Assembly: GCA_017694495.1 (NCBI GenBank)
Contig: JADIMU010000009.1
Location: 3,404 to 67,403, forward strand
Direction of reading: 5' to 3'
DNA length: 64,000 bases
From: Candidatus Aphodenecus pullistercoris
GTDB taxonomy: Bacteria; Spirochaetota; Spirochaetia; Sphaerochaetales; Sphaerochaetaceae
Positions 58,929 to 64,000 of the stretch are shown in pieces. Every line of letters starts with the position of its first letter. Positions within the stretch are counted from its first letter, which is position 1. The position numbers and the translations under genes were made by a program. Under the pieces are notes generated by a model. That model worked only from the letters and a program-made list of their open reading frames with translations, searched no databases and had not been told where the DNA came from.

Positions 58929-59036
58929 ATAGAAGTCCTTGACCTGGCCAAGCGTGAAGGAGTCGGAGAATGGCCTCTTGCCTTGGATGGCATCCCTCCT
59001 CGCCTTGCACTCTTCAACGATCGCATTCGAATACAT
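58929..59036 (-). pseudogene. Fic protein, 5' part (36 codons)
   Basis: SD AAAGGAG; MYSNAIVEECKARRDAIQGKRPFSDSFTLGQVKDFY. Confidence 0.8.
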
Positions 59037-59199
59037 TGCTCCACTCCTTTGCCCTACAATTCAAGTGCCAGCCAGCAGCCTGACATTCCAGCACCCACAT
59101 GAGACCCGTCTTTGCGCCTTCCTGCAAGCTGCTTGGCAATGCCCTGGCCAACTTCTTCGGCAGCATCATACCAGGACCAGGCCTGTCAGACAGGCTCCC

Positions 59200-59227
59200 T
59201 GTCCTGATGATAGCACTGGGCCGGACA
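59200..59227. repeat. 28-bp direct repeat, copy B
   Basis: Identical to 54483-54510. Confidence 0.95.
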
Positions 59228-59253
59228 GTCAGGAAGCGCCCAAGCGCAGCCTC

Positions 59254-60601
59254 CTACAGCAGAAGGGCCATGTACAAAGGGAGGAAGACGAAGTCATCCT
59301 CAAGCGCCAGGTCACCAGTGTGGAGGACATAGGCAGTGGATGTGTACTGGCTGAACTTCTCTTTGTACTTCCTTATGGAACTCAGCGTGTACCTTGGCCC
59401 TGACTTGACTTCGATTGGACAGATGTTGTGGAGATTCGTCATATCATTCTTCGTAATCAGGAAGTCGACCTCCATCCTGTTGGCGGCATTTCCCTTGTCA
59501 TAGCTGGAATAGTAGTACAACCTACGGCCAGACGCTCTGAGAAGCTGGGCGACGAGGTTCTCCATCAACATGCCCTTGTTGACACCAAACTTACCGGTGG
59601 CCAAGGAACGCATGATGCCTGCGCGCGCCTCCTCGTTGTCGTCGAAGGCCAGTGTGACCAGCAGCCCTGTATCGCACAAATAGCATTTGAGACGCTGTCT
59701 GTCCATGGAAAGGCGCAAGCCGACGTTCGGATCGCTCGAGTTGCAGCACAGGTTCACCAAGCCGGCGTCGCTCAGCCAGGCGAAAGCGTCATCGTTGTCC
59801 TGCAAGCCGCCACCTTTGGCGATGTCGGAATAGCGGAAACGCTTTTCATCGCGCGACAATTCGCTTGGAATCAGATCGAAGATGCGTCTGGCACGTGGAA
59901 CGGTTCCTGCCTTTCCGATGTCCTGGCGGTAAAGATGGATGATCGCCTTCTTGATCCGGTCCACCTCCTCCATGCTGTTGGTCTGGACGAAGGCCTCTAC
60001 AGCCTGAGGCATACCACCGACCACCATGTATTGCCTCAGTCTGGTCATGAGTCGACGGTGAAGGCTTTGCCCAACCTGGCGCCTCTCCTCAAAGGCACGG
60101 CGCGCGGCTGAATAGATGATCTCGTCGCCACAGGCCCAGAGGAACTCCTCGAAATCCATAGGGCCAAGTTCGAGTGGAACTTCTTCAGAAGGAATCGTGA
60201 TGGAAGCGACAGCACTCTGGATGCTGACCAGAGAACCTGTCTCGATGTAGTCGTAGCGCCCATCCTGGACAAGATACTTGAGCATTTCCCTCGCCTTTGG
60301 ATTCTTCTGGATCTCATCAAGGACGATGAGGGACTTCCTTTCGACGAGCCGCGTGTTGTAGTAGCTCTGAAGGAAGAAGAAGAGACCATCAAGATCGCCG
60401 CGGAAAGCATTGAAGTCCTCAGCAAAGCTCTCCCCCTCTTCGTTGAAGTCCACGAAGATGAGGCTCTCATACTCCCTTTGTCCAAACTCACGACAGATCC
60501 AGCTTTTTTCCCACACGGCGGGGACCTTCGATCAGAAGGGTGGTCCTGCCATTCGATTCCTGCTTCCAACGCAACATCTTGTCGTAGATTTTCCGTTTCA
60601 T
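59254..60601 (-). pseudogene. AAA_14 ATPase-DUF4143 gene with a +1 frameshift in an A6 run in Walker A
   Basis: MKRKIYDKML..EGPRRVGK; removing one A at 60504-60509 gives GKSWICREF; LDEIQ, GGMPQAV, PIEVKSG. Confidence 0.85.
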
Positions 60602-60639
60602 AATCAAATCCTATCAAAAAATTATTACAACACAATCAT

Positions 60640-60692
60640 TTGCCAATTTCCGCGATTATTTTTAGGCCATAATTGCCAATTTCCGCGATTAT
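60640..60692. repeat. 20-bp direct repeat pair upstream of the AAA-DUF4143 gene
   Basis: TTGCCAATTTCCGCGATTAT at 60640 and 60673. Confidence 0.9.
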
Positions 60693-60786
60693 CAAGCATT
60701 CTCAAGAATCAGGGTGTTGGTCTTTTTCACCACACGTCTGGCAGAAAGCACCACAAATATGCTCCAAGCCCAGCCATTTCGGCATT

Positions 60787-60802
60787 TGGCACGGCTGTTG
60801 CA
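60787..60802 (+). promoter_or_regulatory. Sigma54 (-24/-12) promoter of pspA-pspC
   Basis: TGGCACG-GCTG-TTGCA, consensus with exact spacing. Confidence 0.85.
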
Positions 60803-60848
60803 TAAGGGTCTGTGTGAGATGCCCAAGGGCACAAGGAGAAAGAAAGAC

Positions 60849-61526
60849 ATGAACGTATTCAAGAGATTCGCCAACATCGTATCGGCAAACGTCAACAGCG
60901 CCCTCGACAAGATGGAGGACCCGAAGAAGATGATCAACCTCATGATCGACCAGATGGAGGAGACCGCCATCGAGGCCAGGGCCTCCCTGGCAGAGAAGAC
61001 GGCCACACTGACCACCCTCTCCCGCCAGATCAAGGAGACTGAGGAGGCGATCGGGCGCTGGGCTGACAGGGCCCGCCTGGCCGTCGAGAAGGACAATGAC
61101 GCGCTGGCGCGTGAGGCCATCATGGAGAAGCGCAAGCTCGAAGAGCAGCTGAAGGGCCTGAAGGAGAGCATGTCGACGATGGATGGCATCATCGTCTCGC
61201 TGAAGGACCAGCTGGGTGAGATCGAGGCCAAGCTCGGCGAAATGAAGGCCAAGAGGAACGACCTTGCCAACCGCGCGGCGGCCGCAAAGGAGAAGATGCG
61301 CAACAATGAGACGCTCAAGAGCGCGGATGGCGACGACTTCGCCCGCCGCTTCGAGGAGCTCCAGGCCCGCATCGAGCGCTGGGAGGCCGAGGCCAACATC
61401 GCATGTGGCGGCTCGAAGGCTTCCAAGAGCACCCGTGAGACCTTCGAGGAGATGGAAGCGGACAAGGCAGTCGAGGACGAGCTCGCCGCGCTCAAGGCGG
61501 CTGCAGGAAAGACGGAGGCCAAGTGA
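60849..61526 (+). CDS. pspA: PspA/IM30 family protein
   Basis: FKRFANIVSANVNSALDKMEDPKKMINLMI, coiled coil, VEDELAALK. Confidence 0.92.
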   Translation: MNVFKRFANIVSANVNSALDKMEDPKKMINLMIDQMEETAIEARASLAEKTATLTTLSRQIKETEEAIGRWADRARLAVEKDNDALAREAIMEKRKLEEQLKGLKESMSTMDGIIVSLKDQLGEIEAKLGEMKAKRNDLANRAAAAKEKMRNNETLKSADGDDFARRFEELQARIERWEAEANIACGGSKASKSTRETFEEMEADKAVEDELAALKAAAGKTEAK

Positions 61527-61744
61527 TGGAATACGGACGCTCACCCTACCAGAGGCGCTGGCTCAGAAGCCCCAATGGCCTCCTCTTCGGAGTATGCGGG
61601 GGCCTTGCCAGGAGGCTGGGCATCTCGACAGGTCTGGTGAGGCTGGTCACACTTGTGGCCTTCTGCTGTACAGGCTTCTTCCCGGTGGGACTCATCTACT
61701 GCCTCTTGGCGCTGATCCTGCCTGCAGGACCTGAATATTGCTGA
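61526..61744 (+). CDS. pspC: PspC-domain protein
   Basis: GLLFGVCGGLARRLGIS..LIYCLLALILP. Confidence 0.88.
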   Translation: MEYGRSPYQRRWLRSPNGLLFGVCGGLARRLGISTGLVRLVTLVAFCCTGFFPVGLIYCLLALILPAGPEYC

Positions 61745-61766
61745 TCTTTGATTGAAGCTGACTGGA

Positions 61767-61805
61767 GAGGACAGGTGTCAGGAGCCCTGTCCTCCTTTCT
61801 TTTCA
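61767..61805 (+). terminator. Terminator after pspC
   Basis: GAGGACAGG/CCTGTCCTC stem with T-rich tail. Confidence 0.75.
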
Positions 61806-62840
61806 GCGGAAGGTCGCCGTCGATTCCCGGATCACGAGCTCGCAGCCGAGGTGGATCGAGCCGATCAGGCCCCTCTCCCCTCCTATGACCTTCAGCAGGA
61901 GTTCGACGGCTATCGTGCCCAGCTGGACGACAGGCTGGCTCACAGTCGTTATCGTCGGATTCATGATCTGGCTGATCTGGATGTTGTCGAAGCCTACGAC
62001 CGCAATGTCGCGGGGGACGTCGAGTCCAGCCTCGACGGAGGCCTTTATCGCAGCGCTGGCAAGCACGTCCGAGATGCAGAAGAAGGCGTCGGGACGCTCG
62101 GCGCGCGAAAGCATGCGTCCGGCGTGGGCCTTTGCCATGTCGTAGTCCATGTCGACGCCGACGGAGCATACGAGCGAGTCGTCGACACAAAGACCCTGGC
62201 TGCGCAGCGCCTGGCAATAGCCCTTGTAGCGCTCGCGTGCGTACTTGAAGTCCTCAGGCCCGTTGATCATGGCGATGCGCCGCCGGCCAAGGCTGAGCAG
62301 GTATTTTACCGCATCCTCGCTGGCGCTCTCGTCGTCTATCGTCACATAGGGCACGTCCAGGGCGGAGCTGGACTCGCAGCAGGTCACGACAGGCACGCTC
62401 TCGCGGATGCGCTCGACGCACTCGGGCACGATCGCGTTCGTCAGGATGACACCGGCCGCCCTCGTCGTCTTCAGGAGGGAAAGGAAGTCGGGCAGGCTGG
62501 AGGGCGAGAGCTCGTTCTCGCTCACGAGCATGTTGTAGCCGAAGCGCCTGGCCGAGCGTCTGGCGCTCTCTATGATCGGAGAGTAGAAGGGGTTCTTCAG
62601 CGAGGGGACGTTGAAGAGGATGAGGTTGTTGCGCGGGATGGGCTTGAGGTCGAGCTGCTGGACGTCCGCACCCAGCTCCTGGAGGGCTCGCACAACGCGC
62701 TCGCGCTTCTCCTCGCTGACGGATGCGGACTTGTTGAAGACGCGGGAGACCGTCGAGATCGACAACCCGCTCCTCTGTGCTATGGTCTGGTAAGACAGCT
62801 TCGTCCTGTTGCTCAATTCACTGCTCCGCTGACTGTCCAT
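61803..62840 (-). CDS. LacI-family regulator
   Basis: IAQRSGLSISTVSRVFN, NPFYS, VPRDIAVVGFDN, TITTVSQP; start approximate. Confidence 0.92.
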   Translation of the reverse strand: MDSQRSSELSNRTKLSYQTIAQRSGLSISTVSRVFNKSASVSEEKRERVVRALQELGADVQQLDLKPIPRNNLILFNVPSLKNPFYSPIIESARRSARRFGYNMLVSENELSPSSLPDFLSLLKTTRAAGVILTNAIVPECVERIRESVPVVTCCESSSALDVPYVTIDDESASEDAVKYLLSLGRRRIAMINGPEDFKYARERYKGYCQALRSQGLCVDDSLVCSVGVDMDYDMAKAHAGRMLSRAERPDAFFCISDVLASAAIKASVEAGLDVPRDIAVVGFDNIQISQIMNPTITTVSQPVVQLGTIAVELLLKVIGGERGLIGSIHLGCELVIRESTATFR

Positions 62841-63804
62841 CCAAACATGAATCGATGGATTTTGCAAGTTCGAGGGCTGTGATGAGCTCGGCGTCGGAGA
62901 CTGTGCACGGCACCTCGCCTTCCAGCATGGCGCACAGGGCCTTGAGCTCCTCGTAGTACCAGCCGGTGGGCGGGACGTTGATTCCGGTCGCAATCACGAC
63001 AGGATAGTCTGGCGTCAGGTCCTCTGCCTCACCTTCCCTCCTGTAGAGCGTGAGGCGGCTGCCGTCGTTGACCAGGACAGCCTTCTCGAAGGTCGCCCTC
63101 CAGATGGCCTGGAAGGGAATCGCGGCGTCGATCCAGCCGGACTCGACCAGGGCAGTCGTCCCCGAACGGAAGCGGCATGTCAGGTGGTAGTGGTTGCGCC
63201 CGCTCCTGACGACGCTCCGGCTGACGATGTCGGTGCCCAGGAGGGCGAGCATCATGTCGATGTCGTGGACCATGAGGTCGAAGGGCACGAGGCCGCTCTT
63301 GGACCTGTCATGGAGCCAGCCTCCGGCGCTCCAGGCGGGCGTTTCGGACAGCCTGGAGAAGGAGACCTCCTCGAGCTTGCCGTACTCTCCACCTTCCACT
63401 GCATCCTTGAGGACGAGGAACTCCTTCGTGTAGCGGCACACCATGGCGACGAGGAGCTTGTGGCCCAGGCTGTGGGAGAGGGCGAGCATTTCACGCGCAT
63501 CCTCCGGATCGAGGGACAGAGGCTTCTCGCATATGACATCGAGGCCGAGGCGCAAGGCCTCCTCCACCATCTGGCGGTGGAGGAAGCTCGGTGTCGTGAT
63601 GTCCACGGTGTCGGCCTCAGGATGGGCCGCCATGGCCTCGGCGAGCGAAGTGTGGAAGTCGAGGCCCTTGGATGCGGCGCACTCCTCATCAACAGGACCC
63701 TTGCCCACCGCCGCCACGATGGTGGCCCTGTCGGCAAGCTCCTTCCAGTTGGCAAGATGAACACGGCCCATGCCTCCCAGGCCGACGAGCACTATCCTCC
63801 TCAT
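62818..63804 (-). CDS. Gfo/Idh/MocA oxidoreductase
   Basis: LVGLGGMG, TPSFLH, VICEKPL, VHDID. Confidence 0.92.
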   Translation of the reverse strand: MRRIVLVGLGGMGRVHLANWKELADRATIVAAVGKGPVDEECAASKGLDFHTSLAEAMAAHPEADTVDITTPSFLHRQMVEEALRLGLDVICEKPLSLDPEDAREMLALSHSLGHKLLVAMVCRYTKEFLVLKDAVEGGEYGKLEEVSFSRLSETPAWSAGGWLHDRSKSGLVPFDLMVHDIDMMLALLGTDIVSRSVVRSGRNHYHLTCRFRSGTTALVESGWIDAAIPFQAIWRATFEKAVLVNDGSRLTLYRREGEAEDLTPDYPVVIATGINVPPTGWYYEELKALCAMLEGEVPCTVSDAELITALELAKSIDSCLDGQSAEQ

Positions 63805-64000
63805 AGCCTGTAGCCCAGACCTTCGAGGTAGCGCGCGCTGGTCACGAGGGCCTGGTCAACCTCCTCCAGATTGGCAGGTCCCGCCGACGTGAACTCGATC
63901 TCGATCGACAAGGGCGCGGTGTTGCCCTTCGCATCGAGGGTGGAAAGCAGGGCCGGGAAGTCGACATAGCCTTCGCCCAGTGCGGGGAAGTTCCACTCCG
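63801..64000 (-). CDS. Sugar-phosphate isomerase/epimerase (TIM barrel), 3' end
   Basis: Manual translation WNFPALGEGYVDFPALL..LSIEIEF..LGYRL*. Confidence 0.75.
   Translation of the reverse strand, partial: EWNFPALGEGYVDFPALLSTLDAKGNTAPLSIEIEFTSAGPANLEEVDQALVTSARYLEGLGYRL

Noticed and set aside
60500-60512. A AAA AAG slippery site as a programmed -1 frameshift
   Set aside because: Restoring the protein needs +1, not -1.

Overview
GC-rich bacterial chromosome segment. Gene content and protein style suggest an anaerobic gut/rumen spirochaete (Sphaerochaeta-like); this is inference, no search was run. Core genes (thrS with a Thr T-box, hfs-type H2-sensing hydrogenase operon, ispH, yajC, groL, argR-pgi-gdhA, ktrAB, lspA, lon-like, trmH, rsmI, pcrA, pspA/C) alternate with accessory blocks. 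(1) 7.6-22.9 kb: surface-lipoprotein island whose two BspA/LRR genes sit behind a promoter with a G10 tract in the -35/-10 spacer; it also holds a frameshifted AraC gene and a heparinase-like gene cut by IS1595. (2) 33.9-36.6 kb: AAA/nuclease genes. (3) 44.5-48 kb: AbiE module bracketed by two ~173-bp structured direct repeats, then hipBA. (4) 54.5-60.7 kb: TA pair plus a three-layer nest (fic gene > IS200/IS605 tnpB element > IS1111-type IS110 element), bracketed by a 28-bp direct repeat. Strongest leads: the nested RNA-guided elements with reconstructable junctions, the repeat-bounded TA cassettes, the poly-G promoter, a LemA-DUF2207-prenol kinase-DUF92 operon, a candidate anti-SD sRNA and frequent leaderless starts. 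No rRNA, tRNA or CRISPR array seen. Family calls come from motif recognition by eye.
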